Program-made: the position numbers and the translations under genes
Shown here: positions 8,338 through 18,223 of the stretch, one piece after another
How positions within the stretch are numbered: the stretch's first letter is position 1
Layout of the letters: each line of letters starts with the position of its first letter
Source of the DNA: Bacillales bacterium UBA1188
GTDB taxonomy: Bacteria > Bacillota_I > Bacilli_A > Izemoplasmatales > UBA1188
Assembly (NCBI GenBank): GCA_002310135.1
Contig: DBYK01000006.1
Span: 25,195-89,194 of the forward strand
DNA length: 64,000 nt
Reading direction: 5' to 3'
The notes under the pieces: model-generated
What the model was told of the DNA's origin: nothing
What the model saw: the letters and a program-made list of their open reading frames with translations, nothing else
Databases searched by the model: none

Positions 8338-10029
8338 ATGGGAGAATTACGTGGTGATTTAAAAGTATTTGCGCTTGGTGGTTTGCTGGAAGTAGGCAAA
8401 AACATGTATATAATTGAATATGAAAACGAGATTATAATCATTGATGCTGGAATACTATTTCCTGAAAACGATCTTTATGGTATAGATTATATAATACCTG
8501 ACTACTCATATCTTAAAGAAAACGAAAAAAAGATACGAGCTCTTTTTATTACGCACGGACACGAAGACCATATCGGAGGAATCCCATACCTTCTAGAACA
8601 AGTTAAAATTCCAAGAATAATCGCAAATGGTTTCGCGCTTGCATTAATCAAGAAAAAGATGGAAGATTTTCCAAAAATCAAAGCGCAGTACTATGAATTC
8701 AATGAACTTGAAAGAATTAATTTTCAAAATCTATCAGTATCATTCTTTAGAATGAATCACTCAATCCCTGATTCTTTTGGAATGATTATCACAACTCCAT
8801 ATGGTGATATAGTCACCACTGGTGACTTCAAGATTGACCTAACTCCAGTTGGAAAAGATGCAGGATATAATAAGATATGCCAGCTCGGACAAAAAGGAGT
8901 CTTACTTCTTTTAAGCGACTCAACTAACGCCATAGTTAAAGAATTATCTACTTCTGAAAGAGCGGTATCTGATAGTATAAAAGACTTATTCAGAGAAATA
9001 AGGGGAAGAATTATTATTGCGACATTCGCATCTAACGTATTAAGAATTAATCAGATAGTTGAATCTTCAATTCAAAATGGAAGAAAAGTATTAGTCGTTG
9101 GAAGAAGTATGGAAAATGTAGTCCAAATCGGGCGTGATATAGGATATATTAAAGTTAAAGACAGTGATTTCATAGAAAGCAAAGAACTATCAGATTATAA
9201 ACCAGAAGAGATAACTGTGCTTTGTACTGGTTCACAAGGTGAACCAATGGCTGCCTTATCGAGAATAGCTCAAGGAATCCATAAAGAAATAAAAATTGAA
9301 GAAAGTGATACTGTTATATTCTCGTCAAGCGCTATTCCAGGAAATGCGATAGAAATAGATAATGTCATCAATCTTCTATCTAAACAGGGTGCAAATGTTA
9401 TAGTACAAAGTGCCTTTAATGATGTTCATGCATCAGGTCACGCATCATCTAATGAAGAAAAAATATTATTGAAGCTTTTGAAGCCTAAATATTTTATGCC
9501 TATTCATGGTGAATACTATATGCTTAAAACTCACGCAAAACATGCGATGGATTGTGGAATGAAAAAAGAGAATATATTCGTCCTTGAAAACGGTAAAGTC
9601 CTTCAAATAAATGAAGATGGGGCTAAAGTTTTGTCTAAAAAAGTTCCTGCAAAAGATGTGCTTATTGATGGAAACAATATCGGTGGTGTGAACACACAAA
9701 TTATTGAAGAGAGAAAAGAATTATCGATGAGAGGAATGATATCGATAATTGTAACATTAAATAAATTTGGAAGAACATTAGTTAAACCAACAATAATATC
9801 TAAAGGCTTCCTCTTTGCAAAAGATAATGAACAGATATTCACTAGTATTGAAAAAGAAACTGAGTTATATTTTAAAAATAATCCTTTACAAGAAAATGAA
9901 TCTTTATCTTCAAAAAGAGATAAGGCAATAGAATATCTTCAAGAAGCAATTAAAAGGATCGCTAAACAAAATCCAATTATATTCCTAGTTTTAAATAAAA
10001 CTGAAATGGAAAGAGAAACTGTAGTATAA
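8338..10029 (+). CDS. rnj: Ribonuclease J
   Basis: ALGGLLEVGKNM, THGHEDHIGG, HSIPD, TGDFKID, HASGH, MPIHGE. Confidence 0.96.
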   Translation: MGELRGDLKVFALGGLLEVGKNMYIIEYENEIIIIDAGILFPENDLYGIDYIIPDYSYLKENEKKIRALFITHGHEDHIGGIPYLLEQVKIPRIIANGFALALIKKKMEDFPKIKAQYYEFNELERINFQNLSVSFFRMNHSIPDSFGMIITTPYGDIVTTGDFKIDLTPVGKDAGYNKICQLGQKGVLLLLSDSTNAIVKELSTSERAVSDSIKDLFREIRGRIIIATFASNVLRINQIVESSIQNGRKVLVVGRSMENVVQIGRDIGYIKVKDSDFIESKELSDYKPEEITVLCTGSQGEPMAALSRIAQGIHKEIKIEESDTVIFSSSAIPGNAIEIDNVINLLSKQGANVIVQSAFNDVHASGHASSNEEKILLKLLKPKYFMPIHGEYYMLKTHAKHAMDCGMKKENIFVLENGKVLQINEDGAKVLSKKVPAKDVLIDGNNIGGVNTQIIEERKELSMRGMISIIVTLNKFGRTLVKPTIISKGFLFAKDNEQIFTSIEKETELYFKNNPLQENESLSSKRDKAIEYLQEAIKRIAKQNPIIFLVLNKTEMERETVV

Positions 10030-10030
10030 G

Positions 10031-10057
10031 AAAAAGACAACATATGTTGTCTTTTTT
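10031..10057. terminator. Bidirectional terminator between rnj and the ABC ATPase gene
   Basis: AAAAAGACAACA-TA-TGTTGTCTTTTT between convergent genes. Confidence 0.8.
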
Positions 10058-10782
10058 TATTGTTCCATAAATCTTTTGATGAAATCTTTTGCCCTATCTG
10101 TCTTTGGGTTCTTAAAGAAATCTTCAGTTCTTGAATCTTCTAAAATTACTCCATCATTCATAAAAAGAATTCTTGTGGATACTTCTTTTGCGAATTGCAT
10201 TTCATGGGTAACTATAACCATAGTTATTCCTGTTTTTTTAACTTCCTTTATTACGCTTAATACTTCTCCTACCATTTCAGGATCGAGTGCACTTGTAGGT
10301 TCATCAAAGAGTATAAGACTTGGACTATTTGATAGAGCTCTTGCGATAGCAACCCTTTGCATCTGACCACCAGATAATTGCTTTGGACTTTTATCTAAAT
10401 ATTCTTTCATACCAACTCTTATCAGTTCTTTGGTCGCAATTTCTTTGGCTTCTTCTTTTGTCCTTCTTAGTACTTTTGTTTGACCAATCATACAATTTTT
10501 TAAAACATTTAAGTTGTTAAAGAGATTAAATGATTGAAACACCATACCTATTTTAGTTCTTAGTTCATTGATATTCATATTTTTGGTGTTTATTCCATTA
10601 AAGAAGATGTCACCCGAATTAGGAGTTTCAAGGAAGTTGATACATCTTAGAAGTGTAGATTTACCACTACCAGAAGAACCAAGTATACATATGATATCTC
10701 CCTCTTCAACATTAAAACTTATATCTTTTAAGACATCTTCATCGCCAAATTTCTTTTTTAAATTCTTAACTTCTAAAATCAT
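10057..10782 (-). CDS. Polar amino-acid ABC transporter ATP-binding protein
   Basis: GSSGSGKST, LSGGQ, FDEPTSALDPE, VTHEM. Confidence 0.95.
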   Translation of the reverse strand: MILEVKNLKKKFGDEDVLKDISFNVEEGDIICILGSSGSGKSTLLRCINFLETPNSGDIFFNGINTKNMNINELRTKIGMVFQSFNLFNNLNVLKNCMIGQTKVLRRTKEEAKEIATKELIRVGMKEYLDKSPKQLSGGQMQRVAIARALSNSPSLILFDEPTSALDPEMVGEVLSVIKEVKKTGITMVIVTHEMQFAKEVSTRILFMNDGVILEDSRTEDFFKNPKTDRAKDFIKRFMEQ

Positions 10783-10791
10783 AAAAACCTC

Positions 10792-11520
10792 TTAGTTAGA
10801 ACTTTGAATTGGTTTTATTGGGCTTCCAATTCTTCTTTCTAACATTTGTAATAATTTTGAAGACGAAAGAGTGAGCACAAGATAGATGATAGCGGCTATA
10901 GTCATAGCTTCAACAACCTTATAATATCTATTCCCCGCCATAAGACATGCGTTATATAATTCAATTACACCTATGACATTTAATACAGATGTATCTTTGA
11001 TATTGACAATAAACTCATTACCTATAGATGCCATAGAATTTTTGATTGCCTGAGGATAAATAATAAAAATCATAGACCTAAATTCAGATAAGCCAATACT
11101 TCTTGCGGCCTCATATTGTCCTTTATCTACTGACTCTATTCCACCTCTTAATACTTCTGTAAGATATGCAGTAGTATTAATTGATACTGTGAATAAACCA
11201 GAAGTAAGAGGATCCCAATCTATCCCTATCATTTTAAATGAATAATAAAATATTAAGGCTTGAACCATCATTGGGGTTCCTCTAATTACAGTGACATAAA
11301 CATTCACAAATCCCTTTAGGATTTTACCTATTATTTTTGGATTTTCTTTAACCCTTATATATGAAAATATGCAGGCAATCAAAAAACCAACTACAGTACC
11401 AAAAAGAGATAGTAGTAGAGTTCTACCAATTCCATATAGTATTTGGATAGCATATTCTTCTATGATTCTTCCTATCCAACCAAAAAAACCTGCATATATC
11501 ATAATAATCTTATTCGCCAC
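10792..11520 (-). CDS. Polar amino-acid ABC transporter permease (start may be 11502)
   Basis: IRGTPMMVQ, AYLTEVLRGG, GQYEAARSIG, NIKDTS. Confidence 0.93.
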   Translation of the reverse strand: MANKIIMIYAGFFGWIGRIIEEYAIQILYGIGRTLLLSLFGTVVGFLIACIFSYIRVKENPKIIGKILKGFVNVYVTVIRGTPMMVQALIFYYSFKMIGIDWDPLTSGLFTVSINTTAYLTEVLRGGIESVDKGQYEAARSIGLSEFRSMIFIIYPQAIKNSMASIGNEFIVNIKDTSVLNVIGVIELYNACLMAGNRYYKVVEAMTIAAIIYLVLTLSSSKLLQMLERRIGSPIKPIQSSN

Positions 11521-12334
11521 TTTCTATTGCGCTTACCATTAAAGATTCTCTTGTCTCAGCGCTTATTTTCGCTAAAGCATCATTAATTAAATTCAATAAA
11601 TTAGTATCAACTTTTCTAAGACCAATACTAACTACTTTTTCTTCTTCATCGACCTCAAATTGATCAATTAGCTCAATATATTTTAATTCTGGGTTTGATG
11701 CACAAACACCAAGTGCAACCGGCTTTTCTATTACAGTAACATCGTTATCACCAACTAATATTCCAGATATGATTAGTGGAACAGTCGCTAGTGGAGAATT
11801 TGCAGTTGTTCCAGCCTTTTGAGCTAGTTGTTCAGCAAGAGTTTCATATGAAGTTCCTCTTTGACCTACTATATTTGCATTACTAAAATCAGTAAATCTA
11901 GTAGCATTTGCATAAGGACCATCTTTTTTAACCACAACTACGTGTTGTGTTTCATAATATGGGTCTGAAAAATTGATAGATTCTTTTCTTTTGGCGGTAG
12001 GGCTCATACCCGCAATAATCGCATCTATTTCTCCGCTTTCAAGAGCAGGAATTAATCCATCCCAAGCTATTTTTTTAACTACTAGTCTTAAACCTAATTC
12101 TTGAGCTATAAGTTTAGCCATTTCTATATCATAGCCTTCTGCGTATAGGTTTCTTTGACCATAGATTTCAACATTGCTTAAAGTGTTTTCTGTCTCAGTC
12201 CAATTGAATGGAGCGTATTCGCATTCAAGACCTATTACTAGTTCTCCTTTTGATTCATCGAAGCTAACCTTCCTACAACCAAATAATTGAATTAAAAGTG
12301 TGAGTGTTAATAAAACTGCTAAAATTTTTTTCAT
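11510..12334 (-). CDS. Amino-acid ABC transporter substrate-binding lipoprotein, probably lysine
   Basis: Lipobox LFGC, EYAPFNW, GYDIEMA, WDGLIPAL, AGMSPT; upstream lysine riboswitch. Confidence 0.92.
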   Translation of the reverse strand: MKKILAVLLTLTLLIQLFGCRKVSFDESKGELVIGLECEYAPFNWTETENTLSNVEIYGQRNLYAEGYDIEMAKLIAQELGLRLVVKKIAWDGLIPALESGEIDAIIAGMSPTAKRKESINFSDPYYETQHVVVVKKDGPYANATRFTDFSNANIVGQRGTSYETLAEQLAQKAGTTANSPLATVPLIISGILVGDNDVTVIEKPVALGVCASNPELKYIELIDQFEVDEEEKVVSIGLRKVDTNLLNLINDALAKISAETRESLMVSAIESGE

Positions 12335-12369
12335 TTTCTTTTTTCTCCTTTTTCCTTTAGAGAACCACT

Positions 12370-12404
12370 AAAAAGAAAATAAAAGACGTCATTAAGACGC
12401 CTTT
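12370..12404 (-). terminator. Riboswitch expression-platform terminator
   Basis: Minus strand AAAGGCGTC-TTAAT-GACGTCTTTT then ATTTTCTTTTT, between aptamer and start codon. Confidence 0.75.
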
Positions 12405-12416
12405 AGTATTTTACTT

Positions 12417-12580
12417 TTATAGCGCCTCTACTATTTTATAGTAGGAGTGTTATAGATATTATCTATAACCCCACGAAAAATTTATGCCTAAATAATTCGT
12501 TCGGCGATGATTACCTTTCCTTAAATCCTATCGCATGCCTGCAGTATTTAAGTACTCTTTTGCATCGCTACCTCTATTTT
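12417..12580 (-). ncRNA. Lysine riboswitch (L-box)
   Basis: Minus strand ATAGAGGTAGCGATG..AAGAGTA..GGAAAGG..CATCGCCGAA..TGGGGTTATAGATAATATCTATAACACT..GAGGCGCTAT matches the order of L-box conserved blocks. Confidence 0.85.
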
Positions 12581-12651
12581 TATGTGTTAGTATTATACAA
12601 TATTTTTTGAATATTAAAATAGATTTTTTAATTTTTTTTATTGAAAACGTT

Positions 12652-13914
12652 TTATAAGAGTTTTTTGATAAACTCAATCTTAATACTTAAGATTAAAATG
12701 TTTGTGGCTTGTTTTATTTCTTCTAAAGTTGGATATGTTGGAGCCAAACGTATAATTGAATTGTTTGGATCTATGTGATATGGATAAGCACAGCCAGCTT
12801 CTGTAAGTTTAACACCTAAATCCCTACATCTATCAATTACTTCTTTTGCGATAGATGGAGTTTTTATGGAAATGAAGTATCCACCATATGGTTTTGTCCA
12901 TTCAACAATATCTTTAACATTTTCTTCAAGAAGATTTAATATAAGTTCGAATTTAGGTCTAATGATAGATGCATGTTTCTTCATTTGATTTTTAATACCA
13001 TCTAAGTTTTTAAAGAACTTAACGTGTCTTAATTGATTAACTTTATCGAAGCCAATAGTTTGAACTTTAAGATGATTTAACAAATACTCTTTATTTTTTG
13101 GACTAGTCGCAATAGCGGCTATTCCACTTCCAGGAAATGATATTTTTGAAGTTGAAGTAAATTTATATACTATATCTGGGTTTCCTGCCTTCTTACATTC
13201 ATCAAGTATCTCTAAAAGAAAATCTTGGTGATCATCATACAAATGATGAACTGAATATGCATTATCCCAATATATTCTAAAATCTTTAGCTTTTGGTTTT
13301 AATCTTGCGAACCTTTTAACTACTTCTTCACTATAAGTTGTCCCATCTGGATTTGAATATTTAGGGACACACCATATTCCTTTAACGCTTTCATCTTTTA
13401 TTAATTCTTCAACTAAATCCATATCAGGGCCATTACTATCCATTGGAATGGGTATCATTTCTATTCCAAAATATTCAGTAATTAAAAAATGTCTATCATA
13501 GCCAGGAACTGGGCATAACCATTTAACTTTATCTAACTTCATCCATGGAGTTGAACCAAGAACACCATGCGTCATAGCGGTAGATATACAATCATACATG
13601 ATAGATAATGATGAGTTACCATAAATAATGATGTTTTCTTTTGGGACTTCTATGATATCACCAAGAAGTCTTTTGCATTCTTCTATACCATCAAGCACAC
13701 CATAATTTCTACAATCTATCCCATCTTCACACCTTAAATCCATATTGGAATGTAGGACATCCATCATTTCCATAGATAGATTGAGTTGTTCATAACTTGG
13801 CTTGCCTCGAGACATATCGAGTTTTAGGTTTAGATTTTTATATTCATTATATTCATTTAATAATGATTCAAGTTCTCTCTTTAAATCACCTTTATTTAAA
13901 TCTTTATAGTTCAT
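12652..13914 (-). CDS. PLP-dependent class I aminotransferase (aspartate aminotransferase, AspT-like)
   Basis: LDMSRGKP, CPVPGYDRHF, VPKYSNP, WDNAY, STSKISFPG, RLAPT. Confidence 0.88.
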   Translation of the reverse strand: MNYKDLNKGDLKRELESLLNEYNEYKNLNLKLDMSRGKPSYEQLNLSMEMMDVLHSNMDLRCEDGIDCRNYGVLDGIEECKRLLGDIIEVPKENIIIYGNSSLSIMYDCISTAMTHGVLGSTPWMKLDKVKWLCPVPGYDRHFLITEYFGIEMIPIPMDSNGPDMDLVEELIKDESVKGIWCVPKYSNPDGTTYSEEVVKRFARLKPKAKDFRIYWDNAYSVHHLYDDHQDFLLEILDECKKAGNPDIVYKFTSTSKISFPGSGIAAIATSPKNKEYLLNHLKVQTIGFDKVNQLRHVKFFKNLDGIKNQMKKHASIIRPKFELILNLLEENVKDIVEWTKPYGGYFISIKTPSIAKEVIDRCRDLGVKLTEAGCAYPYHIDPNNSIIRLAPTYPTLEEIKQATNILILSIKIEFIKKLL

Positions 13915-13982
13915 AGGAATACCTCACATATAGATAAATTAGTATAACATAATTATTTTTTAGATAAAATAAGTTATGATAA

Positions 13983-15725
13983 TTAGCTTATTAGTTCTTC
14001 TAGAATAAGAATTCTATCTAATTTTTCTTCTATAGATTTTTCTATTTGAGTTTTTTTATCTTGTAAATCCATTATCTTTAAATAATCAACAATTTCTTTT
14101 TCCATGTCTTGATTAATTAAACTGAGATTCTTTTCTAAAATCTCTATTTCTTCTAATAATTTCTTATGCTCTTTTTTTGCTGAATTTAATTCTCTTTTTT
14201 CTTTATCTTTTTCAACATATTTATTAATTCTTTCTTCTTTTGGTTGTTTTGTTTTGAGTGATTTTTCTAAATAATCGCTATACATTTCATTAGATTCTAT
14301 TATCTTGCCATTATCAAAAATGAATAATTTATTGCATATCTTATCTAGGAAATATCTATCATGAGACACTATAAGGATAGGACCATTAAATTCTAAAAGA
14401 TAATCTTCAAGAATTTCTAAAGTATAGATGTCTAAATCATTTGTAGGTTCATCAAGGAGTAATACATTTGGATTATTGGATAATACTCTGATTAATTGTA
14501 ATCTTCTCTTTTCACCACCTGATAAAGTTTTAACTTCCATATAATGAGTATTTCTATCAAAGAGGAAGGATTCTAAGAACTGAGCGGATGTTAAAACTCC
14601 ATTTGGAGTGTTGATTGCTTTTCTTTCTTCTTCTATGTAATCAATTATTTTAACGTTATCATCTATTAAAGAAAGCGTTTGAGGAAAATACCCTAAATTT
14701 AGCGTTTCCCCTTTGATTAGTTCGCCTTTATCAAGGGTATCTAAACCCATGATTATTTTAAATAGAGTTGACTTCCCAGAACCATTGTTTCCAACAACTC
14801 CTATACAATCGTTTCTTTTTAAAACAAATGAAAAATCTTCAAATAAAACTTTATTATCAAATGCTTTATATCCTGATTTTATTTCAATTAATTTCTTCCC
14901 TAGTCTTGTTTCATTTGAATCAAATTTCATCTTTTGATTTCTATCGTTAAACTTGACTTGAAGAAGTTCATAATATCTTTCTTTTCTTGCTTTTTGCTTG
15001 GTAGATCTTGCCTCTGCACCCCTATTAATCCATTCTTTTTCTCTTTTTAAAATATTAGATAATTTTCTTTTTGATGCTTCTTCAAGTTCTAATCTTTCTG
15101 CCTTTAGCTCAAGATATAAGCTGTAGTTAGCATCATACATATAAGTTTTACCATAATCAAGCTCAAGCATTTTCTTACAAATTCTTTCAAGAAAATACCT
15201 ATCATGTGTAACAAGAAGTATAGAACCTTTATATTTAATTAAATATTTTTCAAGCCAAACAATTAATGAGGCATCTAGGTGGTTTGTGGGTTCATCTAAG
15301 ATTAAAAGATCTGAATATGCGACCAAGACTTTAGCAAGCGCTACCTTTTTCCTTTCACCACCAGATAGAGTCTTACTATTTATTGTGTAATCATCAAATC
15401 CCATCTTTGAAAGCATCGTCTTAGCTTCGTATTCATCTACCACGTGTTCCTTAGTTGAAGCCTCAAGAACAACATCTAGAATTGATTTTTCTCTATCAAA
15501 ATCAACTTCTTGACTGAGACAATTGATTATAATTCCACCTGATTTTATTATTTCTCCACTATTTGGAATTTCTTCTCCCAATATCAATTTAATAATTGTG
15601 GTTTTACCAGTACCGTTTACTCCAACAACACCTATTTTTTCATTATCGCTTATTGAAAAGGATGCTTTATCGAGTATCTTTTTATTTGAATATTCAAATG
15701 AAACATTGTTGAATGTAATGACCAT
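13983..15725 (-). CDS. ABC-F family ATPase (Uup/YfmR-like)
   Basis: Two ABC domains (GVNGTGKT, GNNGSGKS, LSGGE, DEPTN), no TM, ARSTKQKAR linker, C-terminal coiled coil; start set at ATG 15725 with RBS GAGAGGG. Confidence 0.9.
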   Translation of the reverse strand: MVITFNNVSFEYSNKKILDKASFSISDNEKIGVVGVNGTGKTTIIKLILGEEIPNSGEIIKSGGIIINCLSQEVDFDREKSILDVVLEASTKEHVVDEYEAKTMLSKMGFDDYTINSKTLSGGERKKVALAKVLVAYSDLLILDEPTNHLDASLIVWLEKYLIKYKGSILLVTHDRYFLERICKKMLELDYGKTYMYDANYSLYLELKAERLELEEASKRKLSNILKREKEWINRGAEARSTKQKARKERYYELLQVKFNDRNQKMKFDSNETRLGKKLIEIKSGYKAFDNKVLFEDFSFVLKRNDCIGVVGNNGSGKSTLFKIIMGLDTLDKGELIKGETLNLGYFPQTLSLIDDNVKIIDYIEEERKAINTPNGVLTSAQFLESFLFDRNTHYMEVKTLSGGEKRRLQLIRVLSNNPNVLLLDEPTNDLDIYTLEILEDYLLEFNGPILIVSHDRYFLDKICNKLFIFDNGKIIESNEMYSDYLEKSLKTKQPKEERINKYVEKDKEKRELNSAKKEHKKLLEEIEILEKNLSLINQDMEKEIVDYLKIMDLQDKKTQIEKSIEEKLDRILILEELIS

Positions 15726-15772
15726 TTTAACCCTCTCAAATATAACAGGCGACACTAGGGCGCCTGTTTATA

Positions 15773-16474
15773 TTATAATAGAAATTCTCTTGCATCGTTT
15801 TCAAATATGTTTTGGACTATTTCACTATCATAATTCTTTATGCAATAGTCATACGCTTTTTTTAGATAATTGATTCTTCCTTGGTGCATATCACTTGATA
15901 CAAAATCCACGAGATTATTTTCTAGTAATTTTCTCACAAGCTTTTGTGCGCCTCTTCCATCTGCCCCAACTATGCTTGATGCATTTATTTGTATGAGCGC
16001 TCCTAGCATTTTCAGCCTAAATATCTTTTCAATATTTAAATATTCATATCTTTCAACGTGAGCTATTATAGGTTGAAGTTTGTTTACTTTTGATAGATGT
16101 ACTATTTCTTCTACATTGATTGGGATAGTATATGAAAATTCGAGAAGAATGCAGTTTGAATTGTTAATATCAAATATAATTTCATCTCTTTTTTCTAAGA
16201 TGCTTCTAAAATGAGAAACACTTCTTATAAATAACTCTTGACCCAAATAAATGTTTATATCTATTTTTTCTTTTTCGATTTCATTTTTAAAATTATTGAA
16301 CTCAAATATTATTTTTTCTTTTGATTCTTCAAACATCTCTTTTCTATAATGAGGCGTTAGAAAAACATCGCTCACGCCCAGTAGTTTTTCTTCCTTAATT
16401 AAGTTTATACTGTCTTTGAGAGAATCTGATCCATCATCTACAAAGGGCAAAAAGTGTGTATGAATATCAATCAT
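15773..16474 (-). CDS. cpsB: PHP-family protein-tyrosine phosphatase CpsB/CapC
   Basis: MIDIHTHFLPFVDDGS, TPHY, GQEL, IIAHVERY, SSDMH. Confidence 0.9.
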   Translation of the reverse strand: MIDIHTHFLPFVDDGSDSLKDSINLIKEEKLLGVSDVFLTPHYRKEMFEESKEKIIFEFNNFKNEIEKEKIDINIYLGQELFIRSVSHFRSILEKRDEIIFDINNSNCILLEFSYTIPINVEEIVHLSKVNKLQPIIAHVERYEYLNIEKIFRLKMLGALIQINASSIVGADGRGAQKLVRKLLENNLVDFVSSDMHQGRINYLKKAYDYCIKNYDSEIVQNIFENDAREFLL

Positions 16475-16706
16475 TAGTCTCACCTATTATGTCAATTAAT
16501 ATTTGATTGCTTTTATTCATTATAAAATATGAAAACATTTAAAAAAAGTGTTTTTAGAAAAATTTGTTAGTTTTTTGTGAAAAATAAAGGCACTTGATAA
16601 AAATATTTATCATTGTGTTGTTTTTTTGTTTAAAGTGTAGTAAAATCTTATGATAGTTTTAGAAATGTCAAATAATGCCAATTTTGACAGTAAATGAGAG
16701 GAAATC

Positions 16707-17480
16707 ATGAACGAAGAAATGAGAGAAACTACTATCACGATTAAAGACCTCGTCAATGTCTTAATAAAGAGATTATGGATTATTTTATCCGTATCTGTGC
16801 TAGCTGTTATTGGGTTATTTGTTTACATGCTTGTATTCACTGCTCAATACTACGAAGCAAAAGGGCTCATGTACGTAAATAACAAATCATTAAATATCGG
16901 TATATCTTCTATTACTCAAGGTGATATCTCAGCACAAAAATCTCTTGTTCAATCTTATTCAATCATCCTAACAACTAGATCAACAATTGAAGATGTTCTT
17001 GAAAGAGCTAACTTGAAAGACAAATATGAATATGAAGATGTCATCAAGATGTTGACAGTTGGTTCTGTCAATTCAACAGAAATATTCTCTATTTCATGTA
17101 AGTGTGAAGATGGAGCTGATGCAGTTTTAATTGTCACAACAATTCTTAATACTTTCCCAGCTCATGTTGAAAATATCATAGATGGTTCAAGCGCTTCTGT
17201 TGTTGACTATCCATCAGATACTGCAACACCTGTAAAGAAAGGATATACTAGAAATTCAATTCTTGCTTTTCTAATTGCGTTTGTTGTTTCATATGGATTC
17301 TTCTTTGTTTTAGATGTATTAATTGATGATACAATTAAGAGTTCAGATTGGATTAAAGAAACATATAAAGATATTGCGCCTCTTCTAACAATTGTTCCAG
17401 ATGTCAATATTGAAACAAAACACAAATATGCTTACTACAATTATTATTCAAATAATAGTGAAGAGAAAGAGGAGGAATAA
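16707..17480 (+). CDS. cpsC: Wzz/CpsC-type BY-kinase transmembrane modulator
   Basis: Two TM helices, YEAKGLMYV, SYSIILTTR, LIDDTIKS..LLTIVP cytoplasmic tail; directly upstream of cpsD. Confidence 0.85.
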   Translation: MNEEMRETTITIKDLVNVLIKRLWIILSVSVLAVIGLFVYMLVFTAQYYEAKGLMYVNNKSLNIGISSITQGDISAQKSLVQSYSIILTTRSTIEDVLERANLKDKYEYEDVIKMLTVGSVNSTEIFSISCKCEDGADAVLIVTTILNTFPAHVENIIDGSSASVVDYPSDTATPVKKGYTRNSILAFLIAFVVSYGFFFVLDVLIDDTIKSSDWIKETYKDIAPLLTIVPDVNIETKHKYAYYNYYSNNSEEKEEE

Positions 17481-17482
17481 AA

Positions 17483-18220
17483 ATGAAAAAATATAAAGAA
17501 GATGTTGAAATTTTTATTCCAAATAAAAAAATAGGTGATAAACTTCCTTTTGCTGCAAAAGAAGCTTATAACTTACTTAGAACTAATATTTCTTTCTCAC
17601 TCAATAAAAAAGAGGGAAAGGGAAACATCATAGGTATTGTATCTGCGGAACCACAGGATGGTAAAAGTTTTACTTCCTTGAATCTCGCATACACCCTAGC
17701 AGTTGACAACAATAAAGTTGTTCTAATCGATGGGGATATGAGAAAGCCAACTATTGATAAATATTTTGAAATCGATAATGTGCCTGGGCTTTCTGATATC
17801 TTCACAAATCCAACAAAAGAATACCCAATTCATAAAAGTGTTTTAACAGAAAAGATGGATTTGATATGTTGTGGTACAATTCCACCAAACCCATCACAAC
17901 TCCTATCATCAGAAGAGATGAAAAATATACTAGATAACCTTTCAAGTAAATATGATTATGTAGTAATCGATTTACCTCCAATTAATGTTGTTGCAGATTC
18001 TCTTGGTGCATCTAAGTATTTTGATGGTATAATAGTTGTGTCAAGACACAATAAAACAAGAAAAAAAGATTTACAAGAAGCTATAAGACAACTTACTTTT
18101 GTTCAGGCCAAAATACTAGGAATTGTTTATAATGGCTACGCAAGAGAAGGAAAATACTATTATAGAACAAAGAAAAATTATTACTATTATGAAGAAAAGA
18201 ATAAGGGGGGAAAGGAGTAG
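17483..18220 (+). CDS. cpsD: Bacterial tyrosine kinase CpsD/CapB
   Basis: EAYNLLRTN, Walker A DGKS, LIDGDMRKP, PPNPSQLL, VIDLPP, C-terminal Tyr cluster KYYYRTKKNYYYY. Confidence 0.92.
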   Translation: MKKYKEDVEIFIPNKKIGDKLPFAAKEAYNLLRTNISFSLNKKEGKGNIIGIVSAEPQDGKSFTSLNLAYTLAVDNNKVVLIDGDMRKPTIDKYFEIDNVPGLSDIFTNPTKEYPIHKSVLTEKMDLICCGTIPPNPSQLLSSEEMKNILDNLSSKYDYVVIDLPPINVVADSLGASKYFDGIIVVSRHNKTRKKDLQEAIRQLTFVQAKILGIVYNGYAREGKYYYRTKKNYYYYEEKNKGGKE

Positions 18221-18223
18221 TTT

